From assembly GCA_040772365.1 (NCBI GenBank), contig JAXGYI010000002.1:2762-66761 (forward strand): a stretch of DNA of 64,000 nt, given 5' to 3'. Shown here piece by piece: positions 39,312-49,621 of the stretch. Source of the stretch: Candidatus Moraniibacteriota bacterium (GTDB lineage Bacteria; Patescibacteriota; Minisyncoccia; Moranbacterales; GCA-2747515). Numbering within the stretch: the first letter of the stretch is position 1; the number at the start of each line of letters is the position of its first letter. The notes beneath the pieces were generated by a model that saw nothing but the letters and a program-made list of their open reading frames with translations, had not been told where the DNA came from and did not search any database. Both the position numbers and the translations under genes were made by a program.

Positions 39312-41915
39312 ATGTTCACAAAGCAAAAAGAAGCTCTAGAACGACACACTGTCGTCACACTTTTCTGCGTTGCGATTGTTGCGGCAGTTGCGACGTGGAG
39401 CAATATCTCCGTGACGGAGATTCGATCCATCCTGTTTCAACCATACCTGGACAAAAACCATCCAACGGTCCAGGCGATTCAAAAATCAACATCGCACGAT
39501 GTCATTAACTCCAATGATGTCTTTTATCGCATCACATTACATGAGTTGTCGGTGGAGGCGCTGACGGATGCGATGGAGTGTATTCATCGTGTGGAAATGG
39601 CATTTTCTGAGGCGAGAATTGCATTCAATAATGCATCTCTCACTACGATGACTGATTATTCTGCGGATCCGGTAGATTACTATCTCACACCGGAGGCTGT
39701 GGTGGAACAAGGTCCCGAAGCATGGGTGCAGTATGTGCAAAGTAAGACATTTCTGAACAATGTCTTTATTGCGCAGCTGCCTGACGGGCGTTACACACTC
39801 TTTGGCTCTATTATGCCAAAAGATCCCAACATCAAAGAGTTGCTACTCTATCAAACTGTTTGGGAGTTTGAACATGGACAGCCGTTCACATGGCATCAGA
39901 TGTATTTCGGTGATCTTGTGCAGTGGGTCAATCGGATTCCGCACGTAGAGCATTGGATCTTTGGTACCGGATGGACGGAGAGAGTGCTGCGCGCACTACA
40001 CGTACCACTATCACCAAACAAAGTAGAGATGAGTGCGTATGTGGAGATTGAATTCTTCGGCTGGTCATTGTGGCGCACGCTGATCAATATTTTGACGTTC
40101 TCATTTATCTTCAGCGTATTGATTTGCGGCTCTGTTTTGCCGGCACTTGTGATTCTCTCCTTTCTGGGGTCATGGCGACAAATGGCAGTTGCTGTGATCA
40201 ATAATGTCATTGTCCTATGGGTAATGCGTAGCCTCATCGGCTTTGCCGATGTTGCGTTGCAGTATTTTGGCATGTCAACAATTGGGAAGGTGGTAAGCGA
40301 TACTACAGGTATCCTCCTACCCTTTTCCATGCATGAGGAAACGTATACTGTTTTAGCATATGTTCCTATCATCATGCTCAATTACTCCTTCGCAATGCGC
40401 TCTCTACGACGATGGAACGTGCTGCACTACGCGCATCCAGATTTATCGCGTAGTGCACTATGGAGGATGGTACTACGCGATGCAACGTTGAAGTTGTCAA
40501 TTCGCTACGTGTGCATTGTTGCTTCCATGGACTTTTTCCTGTTCATGTTTTTGCAGCACATTGTGCACGCACGGTCTATGGCAACAGTGGCAATCCTTGT
40601 GATTGTCACAATGGTTGGTGTGGTGATGCCGTTTACTGTTCGTATGATTGCCGCATGGCATATGGTGATTGGCGGCATCGGTGTTCAGCCAAAAACATTG
40701 GAAACCGCATGGTGGGAGAGGGTCGTTGTGCGTTATGCGACGTGGCGTTTTGCGCCGCATTGTAGCGGAATGACGATCGTCACAATTGTCACCGTAGTAG
40801 TGACATTGTATCTCAACGGGTTTCTGAATGTTGATAGCAACCCAGGAGCATTTCTGCGCCGCGTGTCAATGGGAAAAACACTCATGACACTGGAGCAGCC
40901 CGGACAACCGGGGGGTGCAATCTATAAGGACTTCATAGGATTCCGTGGTGATGATTTGTCCGATCCATCGTTTGTGGCAGACATTGCCGCACATGTACGG
41001 CAATTGCGTCACGACCCCGCGGTGCGGGGTGTACTATCACCAACGGATTTTCTGGAAGAAGTTCTTGTCAAGGACTTCAGCGGAATCTGCGATTCGCTGG
41101 AAACATGTCTGCTGCCGCATAATCAAAAAAGGATTGCGGAAGTGACAGGCATCCCGTTTCGTGCAGTGCTTGCAGAGGAATGGGAACTGATTGCACACGA
41201 CCCACAAATGGCGCACACCATTGCGCTGAGTGACAACTCCATGATCATTAGTGTTACGGGAAAAACGTCACGCGCAAGTGATATGCGTGCAGTGTATGAT
41301 GCTATCATGCAATCTGGACAAGAATTACTTGCTGCAATGGTGGATCCACTTGCACTCTATATCATCGTTGATAATTCCATTATCAACGGTTATATCGCCA
41401 ATTATGTCGGGGCGCCGATAGGTGTTGCGCTGCTTGTTGGCGGCATGCTGCTGTGGCAAGCACGGCGTACACGTATGCGCGCTGATGTGCACATTGGTAT
41501 TGCAGGTTTTTTTGTGGCTATGCCATTCGTCGTTTCTACATCGATGACGATGTTCGTTATGATGATGGCAGATATCCCTATGGATATCTCAACAGCAGCA
41601 ATTGGGAATATTACAATTTCTGCTGCTGCAGATCTCCCGACGTTCGTCCTTTTGAAGTTTCGCGAACTTCTTGCGCACCATGAGCGCTTTGCACAGTGCA
41701 TGCGATCTGGTGAGATGGTGGACGAACTTGTTCAGGCACGTATTGACATTACTGTCAATGGCGCAACCTATGTACCACTGGCAATTCCGCAACTTGTAGT
41801 GTTTGATCCAATTCTTAAATTGGGTATTATGCTACTTGTTGCACTTGGTGCTTGTTATATTGGTACGGTGCTTTGCTTGCCGTTTTTACGGTGGGGTATC
41901 GTACGACGCAAATAA
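39312..41915 (+). CDS. RND-superfamily (MMPL-like) membrane transporter
   Basis: 1 + 5 + 6 TM topology with two large extracytoplasmic loops; SD GGGGAGG upstream of ATG at 39312. Confidence 0.45.
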   Translation: MFTKQKEALERHTVVTLFCVAIVAAVATWSNISVTEIRSILFQPYLDKNHPTVQAIQKSTSHDVINSNDVFYRITLHELSVEALTDAMECIHRVEMAFSEARIAFNNASLTTMTDYSADPVDYYLTPEAVVEQGPEAWVQYVQSKTFLNNVFIAQLPDGRYTLFGSIMPKDPNIKELLLYQTVWEFEHGQPFTWHQMYFGDLVQWVNRIPHVEHWIFGTGWTERVLRALHVPLSPNKVEMSAYVEIEFFGWSLWRTLINILTFSFIFSVLICGSVLPALVILSFLGSWRQMAVAVINNVIVLWVMRSLIGFADVALQYFGMSTIGKVVSDTTGILLPFSMHEETYTVLAYVPIIMLNYSFAMRSLRRWNVLHYAHPDLSRSALWRMVLRDATLKLSIRYVCIVASMDFFLFMFLQHIVHARSMATVAILVIVTMVGVVMPFTVRMIAAWHMVIGGIGVQPKTLETAWWERVVVRYATWRFAPHCSGMTIVTIVTVVVTLYLNGFLNVDSNPGAFLRRVSMGKTLMTLEQPGQPGGAIYKDFIGFRGDDLSDPSFVADIAAHVRQLRHDPAVRGVLSPTDFLEEVLVKDFSGICDSLETCLLPHNQKRIAEVTGIPFRAVLAEEWELIAHDPQMAHTIALSDNSMIISVTGKTSRASDMRAVYDAIMQSGQELLAAMVDPLALYIIVDNSIINGYIANYVGAPIGVALLVGGMLLWQARRTRMRADVHIGIAGFFVAMPFVVSTSMTMFVMMMADIPMDISTAAIGNITISAAADLPTFVLLKFRELLAHHERFAQCMRSGEMVDELVQARIDITVNGATYVPLAIPQLVVFDPILKLGIMLLVALGACYIGTVLCLPFLRWGIVRRK

Positions 41916-41975
41916 ATTATCAGCACGTCACACAAGGGGTGTGACGTGCTACCACTTATACACAAGGAGGGAAAA

Positions 41976-42818
41976 ATGAAAAAGATGATGGCATTGATTG
42001 TAAGTTGTGTGGTTTTCACTGTAGTTCTATCAGCATTTGCGGTACATGCCGCAGATCCCGAAGATCTTGTGAAATCGGCATGGCAGGCACGTCGCTCTGG
42101 GACAGTAGAAAACACTATGTGGAAGATGGAGGACTATGCACGCACATCTGCATCATGTGTGAATTTAACGGAAGAATCATGCTATGCCCCAACAGGAATT
42201 ACCAACACGTTTGCACAGTCCATTATGTTTGACAGTGCGGGCAATGACGGTGTGTGGACCCATTTCATTGATGGGAACACCGCCAAGGGCAAAGGGTTTG
42301 TGATGCGTCTTTACGGCAAGGATCTTGCCAGATCGGATCGCAACTTTTGCCGCGCAGTGAGTATGGTGGATCGGGTGCGGGCAATACGTCTCGCTCCGAC
42401 AAATCACACTGCCATGGATCCAGCAATCAACGTATCATGGGCGATTGTCATGATACAGACAGGTGCATCAATCTTCGTACCGCAAACAGCATACGATGTC
42501 GTGCAGGATCCGCCACATCATGTGCCACGTACAATTGCTGTACGCGTAACACTGCCCAAGATGCCCGCATACATTGCATATGTGGACGCAGAGGTACGCA
42601 TCATCCGGCAAATTGATCTTCTGGATGCACAGGGCGGTGTGGCATGGGTTGTGCAAAACCGTGCAGCGAAGATTATCGGCACGTCATGGGCGCCCTCCGA
42701 GATGTTCATTGTGAATGTCATGGAACAAAAGGCGGTGATGATGCAGGAGGTCTTTAGGGACTTCGATCACTTTCCCAAAAACTACACGTCATCCGATTTG
42801 CCGTGTGGGCAAAGATAA
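41976..42818 (+). CDS. secreted hypothetical protein
   Basis: AGGAGGG SD; signal peptide MKKMMALIVSCVVFTVVLSAFAVHA. Confidence 0.45.
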   Translation: MKKMMALIVSCVVFTVVLSAFAVHAADPEDLVKSAWQARRSGTVENTMWKMEDYARTSASCVNLTEESCYAPTGITNTFAQSIMFDSAGNDGVWTHFIDGNTAKGKGFVMRLYGKDLARSDRNFCRAVSMVDRVRAIRLAPTNHTAMDPAINVSWAIVMIQTGASIFVPQTAYDVVQDPPHHVPRTIAVRVTLPKMPAYIAYVDAEVRIIRQIDLLDAQGGVAWVVQNRAAKIIGTSWAPSEMFIVNVMEQKAVMMQEVFRDFDHFPKNYTSSDLPCGQR

Positions 42819-42834
42819 AAGGGAGGACAGCAGC

Positions 42835-44130
42835 ATGAAGAAGATTTTTTTTATGATGTTGTGTGCGGCGATGTTGTGTAGTTGCACAACGGTGACACAG
42901 AACACGACATCGGTGCACGGGGAGGTGCGGACACGCATGTCCGCCTACTACCACAGTGAACGTGGCAAGGATGACGTTGTCGGTGATGTGCGTACGGATG
43001 TTTCCGTTATGCGCAAAACTGAAACCGTCACTGCTGCAGCGTCGGTGCGCGCAATGGCTGATACGGCCGGTGTCGCGCGCAATACGCAGATTGATAACAA
43101 CCACGAGGGGAAACGCACAATTCTCAGTATGCGGGAAGCGTACATTGAATTTGATGCCTCTCAAGTGCTACTTGACGATCTCAACGTTGCCATTGGCAAG
43201 AAAATTGTTGAAAGTGTCGTCAAGTTTGACGCGGTAGACTTCAATCCGCTTGCGCGCCGTGATCAATCGGAGCCCTTCAGTTCCATGGACAATGATGTGC
43301 AGGACGGAGTACTCATGGCATCGGTGACGTTGCCGCTCACGGAGAGTAAAAATCTCTATGGGCAATGCATTGTTGCCGGGCGTAATAATCCTATAGTGGC
43401 AACAGATCCAAAGGATCGTTGGACGCGGGACTTGCCGCAGGGAGTATCCTATGGCGATCCGCACATGGGTACAGATGTCAATTATCTGTGCCGCATGTTC
43501 TACCAACGGAATAACGGTACAATTGTAGAGGCGGCAATCTTTCATGGGTCGGCCGCCGGTGTAGATCGCGTTGTGAGTAAAGGTGTCTCGGTACATCCTG
43601 TTTTTCCGGAAGAAACGGGGGGCTATCTCGCGGCGCAAATGCCGGTGGGCGAGTGGGTTGCGCGCCTCGGATGTAGTATGCATGCACAGGCGGGAGCAGA
43701 TGACTTTGGTGTCTGTTCCGCAGAGGTGGATCGCATCTGGCAGTTCAGTGGCGGTGCATCGCTTTTTGTGGAAGTGGGGTATATCAATGCCTTCACAACG
43801 CAAAAATTGAACAGCATGCCGACGTTGGACGTGCGGCGTGCGCTGGACAACCATTTCTCCACATCCATAGAGTATTCGCCACGAGGAGGGCACTTCTATC
43901 GTCTGCGTGGCGCTTATGGATTACAGAGAGGGGACTACGCTTTCCGTATAGAGGCGGAGTACATCCTCAATCAAATATTGCCCACTCCTCTCAAATTCAA
44001 AAAAGTATTTGAGGGGATGTCTCTCATGATTCGTGCAGAACATATTGGCGGATCTGGCGGAGCGGGTAATAACTTTGATGAACATGATGAGGATGATCGC
44101 ATCATACTCATCATGCGAAAGTTATTTTGA
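42835..44130 (+). CDS. putative lipoprotein
   Basis: GGGAGG SD; MKKIFFMMLCAAMLCSC lipobox-like signal; overlaps the upstream gene. Confidence 0.45.
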   Translation: MKKIFFMMLCAAMLCSCTTVTQNTTSVHGEVRTRMSAYYHSERGKDDVVGDVRTDVSVMRKTETVTAAASVRAMADTAGVARNTQIDNNHEGKRTILSMREAYIEFDASQVLLDDLNVAIGKKIVESVVKFDAVDFNPLARRDQSEPFSSMDNDVQDGVLMASVTLPLTESKNLYGQCIVAGRNNPIVATDPKDRWTRDLPQGVSYGDPHMGTDVNYLCRMFYQRNNGTIVEAAIFHGSAAGVDRVVSKGVSVHPVFPEETGGYLAAQMPVGEWVARLGCSMHAQAGADDFGVCSAEVDRIWQFSGGASLFVEVGYINAFTTQKLNSMPTLDVRRALDNHFSTSIEYSPRGGHFYRLRGAYGLQRGDYAFRIEAEYILNQILPTPLKFKKVFEGMSLMIRAEHIGGSGGAGNNFDEHDEDDRIILIMRKLF

Positions 44131-44187
44131 AAAAAAGAGCGGTGGACTCGCGTGTCCCCGCTCTTTTTCTTATGGTCTGGAAGGTTC

Positions 44188-45009
44188 TTATTTCTTGATT
44201 TTTAGACGATAAGTTGCACCAGGTTGTACTGCGGGGATAGTAACCCACCCATGAGCATCCGTTGTCATTTCTGCGACCTGCGTTTTCACTTTATTGGGAT
44301 AGGCATAAATGATGACCGTTGTAGGCTTTTTGATTTTCTTCCCCTTGTCCGTAAGGAGCTGTGCGTTCAGTGCAAAGGGTTTTGTTGTGTCATAGACATC
44401 ACTGCTCTTGACTTTAAATTTGTATTTGCCAGGCAGGACATTTTTGACTTCTAAAACACCATTTGTCTTTCGTGTAACATCTGCTGTGAGGCGATCATAT
44501 GATGAGTCAAACCATGCACTGCCAGAAATTTTCGCCTTCGTTTTGATGCGTGCTAGTGCACCACTTTTTTTGAGAGTGCCCTGACCCTTAACGACAAGTT
44601 CGTACGTCGTGCCAGGTTTTACGCCACTGAGAGTAATCCATCCACGACGGTCTGTACGGAAAGTTCCACCAAAAATACGATGATCTGCAACGTGCATAAA
44701 AACACCTACATCAGTTTTGTCACGCAGTGGTTTTCCTGCAGTGTCTTTGAGGCGTATGGTAACAGCTAAAAACTGATCAGGTTTTTGGTCCTTACTATCC
44801 ATACGAAATTGATATTTTCCAGGGAGAACATCTTTGATTTTTACTGTGCTCTTACTATCAGTTTTTACACGTCGCGCCATAAACCACTGGTTGCCTTGGT
44901 TGGTATAGACATCAATAGAGGTGTTGGCAGCATTATGCCCGCTTGCACTCCAGCTAAAAAGCGGCACAAACAGAATGCTGCACATGCTTATGATAAGAGC
45001 TTTCTTCAT
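44188..45009 (-). CDS. secreted protein with tandem CarboxypepD_reg-like (transthyretin-fold) domains
   Basis: signal peptide; repeated ...TD.hGW.T...V.PG..Y.L..KG/KK and V.NVLPGKYKFK / KDVLPGKYQFR. Confidence 0.5.
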   Translation of the reverse strand: MKKALIISMCSILFVPLFSWSASGHNAANTSIDVYTNQGNQWFMARRVKTDSKSTVKIKDVLPGKYQFRMDSKDQKPDQFLAVTIRLKDTAGKPLRDKTDVGVFMHVADHRIFGGTFRTDRRGWITLSGVKPGTTYELVVKGQGTLKKSGALARIKTKAKISGSAWFDSSYDRLTADVTRKTNGVLEVKNVLPGKYKFKVKSSDVYDTTKPFALNAQLLTDKGKKIKKPTTVIIYAYPNKVKTQVAEMTTDAHGWVTIPAVQPGATYRLKIKK

Positions 45010-45063
45010 AGGGTAGGTCATTATGTATTTTACTGCTACAAGTATACTATGAAAAATTATGCG

Positions 45064-45831
45064 CTACAAATTGTGCCACAGCTTCTGCAGTAACGCTGAG
45101 AAGGCATTGGTAATTTGTTGATTGTGAATTGTTGTACTATTTTCGGCATCTATGAGAAAAACGCAGTCTGTAACGAGAATTGTGATCGCCGATTTTTGAT
45201 GCGGGTCTACGTGGTAGCGAGAGTGTACATTGGGTAACGTAGTACGTGTGTAGTGTGCAAAATCTTGCGGCACAATTTCTCGCACAATGCTCCGTGGAGA
45301 TTGTTTATGAATTTTTTGATACGTCATGCGTATTTCTGTAAAAATATTTTGCGGCAGATCATGGTGAAAGAATACAAAGAGACCCTTATGTGCCGTTGCG
45401 ATGACATCTTCGTGCAGCAGCTTGATATTTCCACGATGGTTGTATGATGACACCGTTCCGCTACCACTAGAAGAGAGATAGGTGTTTTGTAAAATGGAAA
45501 TAATACGCAAGAACTCACGCTCCTGTTCTTCCACTTCGCGTTGCTTGATTTTGAGGAGGGAGAGTAGTGCATGTGGCGGTGTTGCAACAAAAAAGGTTTT
45601 GCGATGTTGCTTGATTTTGTTGACGAGGTTTTTTTGCGTGAGGTGGTCCAAGATACGATATGTTGTCGGGCGACTAATGCGCGCATGATGCGCTAGGGAA
45701 GACGCAGTAATCTTATGCATTGCCATGACAATGAGATAAATCGTCGCCTCATTACTAGTAAGTCCGAGCTTTTTCAATTCCATCAGGAGGACAGGATCTG
45801 GGATTTGTGGCGAATATGCAATGTTGTCCAT
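45064..45831 (-). CDS. TrmB-like HTH transcriptional regulator
   Basis: N-terminal winged helix LGLTSNEATIYLIVM...ASSLAHHARISRPTTYRILDHL. Confidence 0.5.
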   Translation of the reverse strand: MDNIAYSPQIPDPVLLMELKKLGLTSNEATIYLIVMAMHKITASSLAHHARISRPTTYRILDHLTQKNLVNKIKQHRKTFFVATPPHALLSLLKIKQREVEEQEREFLRIISILQNTYLSSSGSGTVSSYNHRGNIKLLHEDVIATAHKGLFVFFHHDLPQNIFTEIRMTYQKIHKQSPRSIVREIVPQDFAHYTRTTLPNVHSRYHVDPHQKSAITILVTDCVFLIDAENSTTIHNQQITNAFSALLQKLWHNL

Positions 45832-45983
45832 ATTATTTTTACAAAAAAATACTATTAAATAGTATAATTTATAGATAAAAAGTCAAGTTGTCCAATAATT
45901 ATTTACAAATACGTATATACGTGTTATCATATGCACAATCATTGTTCTTAAAAAATTACATAATACTTTCTCAGGGGGAAAAT

Positions 45984-46598
45984 ATGTTCTACTTTATTGC
46001 ATGGTTGTTTTTTTGGCCCGTACGACTCTTGTGTCGCGCGGAAGGCCTGGAGCATTTCTATGGAATTGCCGGTCGTCCGTGTATCATCATCGCAAACCAC
46101 AAAGACATCTGTGATCCGTGGAAGATTGGGATACAGATGCCATGGCGCTACCCTGTGCGATGGGTGGCAAAAGAGGAATTATTCTCCTTTCGAGCCAACT
46201 ATCGGGAATGTACTGAGGACTATGGGCACGCACCGTTGATTGCGGCACTACGTGCAATCATGACAGTGGTGATTGTGCGGTTTTCTCTCACGATTCCTAC
46301 GGCGCGAGAGGTTAAGCCTGGCTCTGGGGCTGCGCCTGAAAAGCGCAAGTTGTACCGACTGCTCAAGCAAAAAAAAATCATTGGTATTTTTCCAGAGGGT
46401 GGAATCGGTGTGAGCTCCGATATTAAAAGCGGTTTTTTCAAAATCGCCAAAACAACAGGCGCCGTGATTATGCCTGTAAAAATTCACGATGGTTGGCATG
46501 TGCAGTTTATGCCACCCATAGTACCGGAGCAGTGTTCACGTAGGGAAATCGCACAGTGTGCCGATAACATCGTTGCATCGACGATTTTGAGGAGCTAA
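45984..46598 (+). CDS. lysophospholipid acyltransferase (PlsC/LPLAT family)
   Basis: motif I ANHKDICD (NHx4D), motif III IFPEGG. Confidence 0.65.
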   Translation: MFYFIAWLFFWPVRLLCRAEGLEHFYGIAGRPCIIIANHKDICDPWKIGIQMPWRYPVRWVAKEELFSFRANYRECTEDYGHAPLIAALRAIMTVVIVRFSLTIPTAREVKPGSGAAPEKRKLYRLLKQKKIIGIFPEGGIGVSSDIKSGFFKIAKTTGAVIMPVKIHDGWHVQFMPPIVPEQCSRREIAQCADNIVASTILRS

Positions 46599-46629
46599 CT
46601 ACCTCATTACATTAGCATGGAGGGATGCT

Positions 46630-47838
46630 ATGAAAAAAATTATGCTTTTTACCGGTGCAACGGGTTTCATTGGGTCGTGCATCGCGACAAGACTGATGTT
46701 AGATGGACACGTACTACAATGCGTGGTACGTCCGAAAAAAGATCATGTGTCAGAAGAGCGCGTTTTGCGTAAGCTTCTATTAGCCGACACACTGATGGAT
46801 TATGAGGAGGGTCCGTCATTTTATACCAGCAAGTATTCCGTTGTGGAATCGGATCTCTCTCGTATACCAAAGTTAGGCGTAAAGCCTGACGCAATCTTCC
46901 ATGCTGCTGGAGATCCGCGCTTTGCAGAGGCACATCGCGCAGAAATCATGGAAGCAAACCTTGCCTCAACACTGGCGTTGTTGGACTACGCAACGAAAAA
47001 CGGTATCAAGGAATTTCACTACATCGGATCGGCAATGATTCATAATTTCCGATATGTGAGAAACGTTTTTGAAAAAACGGCCTGCGATCGGTATGGATAT
47101 GTGAACCCCTATACGGAGTCAAAGTGCTTAGCAGAGAAGGCACTCCTTGCGTGGGGGCGCATTCCTGGGAATAGGGCATTCATCTATTCCCCCAGCATTG
47201 TAATTGGACACAGGGAAACTGGTATGACGACATCCTTTACAGGATGGTATCAGTTTATGGAACCGCTGAATCGCCTGACGGCGCTCCCGGCAGTCAGGAA
47301 GGTGTTTGGCAACTATTTGCATAACCTTCCATTCAATGTCCTTGGTGACCCCAATGCGACAATCAACTTAGTCACCATTGACTATGTTGTGGATGTGGTC
47401 GCCAAGTTATTCGCAGCAGGGCGCCCCGGGTTATATCACCTCACTAACGCCAACCCACCCGTTGTAGAAGATTTGCTACAGTGGGGATTGGAGGTGATCG
47501 GTATTTCTGGCCTGCACATTGGGCAACCGAAAACCGGTTTGTCCAAAGTGGAGGAAATTATCCAAAGGGGCATTATGCGTGCCGTGAAGCCCTATGAGCT
47601 ATTTACGTCATCTGCGCCGCGTTTCTCGCAGCGTAATGTGCACAAAGTGCTCTGCGATGAGTTTTATGTCCAACCGGAAATTACTCCGGACATCGCGCAA
47701 AAGCTGCTGCGCTTCGCTATGCGGAACAATTTTGATCCGCAGCGCGTGGAAGACACAATGCACTTGCATGCGCGGCGCACAACAGATATCGCCAAGACGC
47801 TCTTTGGTAATAAAACCGTTGTGCCCGCACCGTCATAA
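46630..47838 (+). CDS. NAD(P)-dependent reductase/epimerase (extended SDR; thioester/fatty-acyl reductase-like)
   Basis: FTGATGFIGSCIATRL Rossmann motif; 402 aa. Confidence 0.55.
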   Translation: MKKIMLFTGATGFIGSCIATRLMLDGHVLQCVVRPKKDHVSEERVLRKLLLADTLMDYEEGPSFYTSKYSVVESDLSRIPKLGVKPDAIFHAAGDPRFAEAHRAEIMEANLASTLALLDYATKNGIKEFHYIGSAMIHNFRYVRNVFEKTACDRYGYVNPYTESKCLAEKALLAWGRIPGNRAFIYSPSIVIGHRETGMTTSFTGWYQFMEPLNRLTALPAVRKVFGNYLHNLPFNVLGDPNATINLVTIDYVVDVVAKLFAAGRPGLYHLTNANPPVVEDLLQWGLEVIGISGLHIGQPKTGLSKVEEIIQRGIMRAVKPYELFTSSAPRFSQRNVHKVLCDEFYVQPEITPDIAQKLLRFAMRNNFDPQRVEDTMHLHARRTTDIAKTLFGNKTVVPAPS

Positions 47839-47847
47839 AAATCAACC

Positions 47848-47903
47848 CGCCATGGTACACCATACTTTTTATGTGTACGCACCATGGCGGCTTTTATTTT
47901 TTT
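47848..47903 (+). terminator. compound intrinsic terminator
   Basis: cgccatggt...(gtacac...gtgtac)...accatggcg followed by TTTTATTTTTTT. Confidence 0.7.
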
Positions 47904-47954
47904 AAAAATGACAAGATATGATATAATAGATGCGCAATATAAAAATACTACGTT

Positions 47955-49538
47955 ATGACAATCATTCATATTTTGCCCCTTATTAGCATGTTCTTTGTGC
48001 TTTTTTTTGGGCTTTTTGTTTTTTTTCGTAATTGGCGATCGTATTTGAATTTCATTTTCATGGCATTTACCATTGTCAATGCCATATGGTTCTTTGGTAC
48101 ATTTATGATATTTCGGGGAACAGATGTGCTTTTTTGGGATAAGTTTGTGTACTGTGGTGTAGTTTTTATCCCATCCATTGTCTATCATTTCGGTGTTATT
48201 CTTACTAAGCAGGCTAAGAAGTATCAATTATATATCATTCTGGGCTATGTCATTTCCACTATATTTCTCATTCTCAATGTTTTTACAACACACTTTGTGG
48301 ATGATGTGTGGCATTATACGTGGGGCTCACACTCACAGGCGCGATTTTTCCACCACGTGTTTCTTGTCTTCTTTGCAACGTATCTTGCTCTTTTTTATTC
48401 TCTGGTCATTGCATACTATCGCAGTACGGATAGCGCGGAAGACCGAAGTCGTACGCGGTATGTACTACTCTCGTTTTTTTTCCTTACTCTTGGTGCAGTA
48501 GGGTTTTTTCCTGCATATGGCGTGAGTATCTATCCAATAGCGTATTTTTCAGGGCTACTCTTCTCTGTCACAGCGGGGTACGCAATTATGCGTTATGATT
48601 TTTTAGGTGTACGGGATTTTACATATCAAATTCTAATTATCTTTATTAACATTATCGCTGTTGCACAAATTATTACGTCACGGACACAAACGGAGTACCT
48701 CGGACAAGGCATCTTTGCACTTCTCATCATGCTGCTGAGCTATGTGCTTTTAAAAAATATGTCACATGAATACCAACAAAAGAAGCAGCTGATCAAGGTA
48801 CGTAATGAGCTTGCGCGGGCGAATATGGAACTTAAAAAACTGGATGCCAGCAAGTCAGAATTCATCTCCATTGCATCACATCAATTACGTACGCCACTAA
48901 CTGCGATCAAAGGCTACATCTCTCTGATCCTGGAGGGTGCCTATGGGCAAAATGCTGATCGCACGCAAGATGCTCTCAACAAAATCTTCATGGCAAACGA
49001 ACGCCTCATTCAACTAGTGGAGGATATGCTCAATCTCACACGCATTGAATCCGGACGCTTGGAGTATAAGATGGAAGACGGCGTGCGCATCGAAGATATC
49101 ATTAATGAGATCAAGGATGTGTTTACACTACGCGCGCAAGAGAAGCAGCTAGAATTTATCATTGCTCTTCCAGAAAAACCGCTACCAGCAATTACAGCAG
49201 ATAAGATGAAATTGCGCGAAGTGGTGTCAAATGTTATTGATAATGCCATGAAATACACAGCAGAGGGCTTTGTGCGTGTTTCCGCAGAAGATCGAGATGG
49301 TATTGTACGTATCGTTGTGGAGGATTCCGGCATGGGTATTTCGCCGGAGTCACTCAAGACATTGTTTACGAAGTTTTCGCGCGGCACGGACTCTACGAAA
49401 ACTTATACCGATGGAACGGGTCTAGGTCTCTATGTTGGTAAAAACCTCATTGAATCGCAAGGCGGGCGTATCTATGCCGAATCAGATGGTGTGGGCAAGG
49501 GGACGCGCTTTATTATTGAGATGCCAGTTACACGCTGA
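47955..49538 (+). CDS. membrane sensor histidine kinase
   Basis: about 7 TM N-terminus; H-box SHQLRTPLTAIKGY; HATPase G-boxes DSGMGI, GTGLGLYVGKNL. Confidence 0.8.
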   Translation: MTIIHILPLISMFFVLFFGLFVFFRNWRSYLNFIFMAFTIVNAIWFFGTFMIFRGTDVLFWDKFVYCGVVFIPSIVYHFGVILTKQAKKYQLYIILGYVISTIFLILNVFTTHFVDDVWHYTWGSHSQARFFHHVFLVFFATYLALFYSLVIAYYRSTDSAEDRSRTRYVLLSFFFLTLGAVGFFPAYGVSIYPIAYFSGLLFSVTAGYAIMRYDFLGVRDFTYQILIIFINIIAVAQIITSRTQTEYLGQGIFALLIMLLSYVLLKNMSHEYQQKKQLIKVRNELARANMELKKLDASKSEFISIASHQLRTPLTAIKGYISLILEGAYGQNADRTQDALNKIFMANERLIQLVEDMLNLTRIESGRLEYKMEDGVRIEDIINEIKDVFTLRAQEKQLEFIIALPEKPLPAITADKMKLREVVSNVIDNAMKYTAEGFVRVSAEDRDGIVRIVVEDSGMGISPESLKTLFTKFSRGTDSTKTYTDGTGLGLYVGKNLIESQGGRIYAESDGVGKGTRFIIEMPVTR

Positions 49539-49621
49539 TTGGCGATGGGGATAGATGTGTACGTAGTGATGTAGCGAACGATTTTGTGGTATCCTATGAC
49601 TAGGAAGTAACATACTATTTT

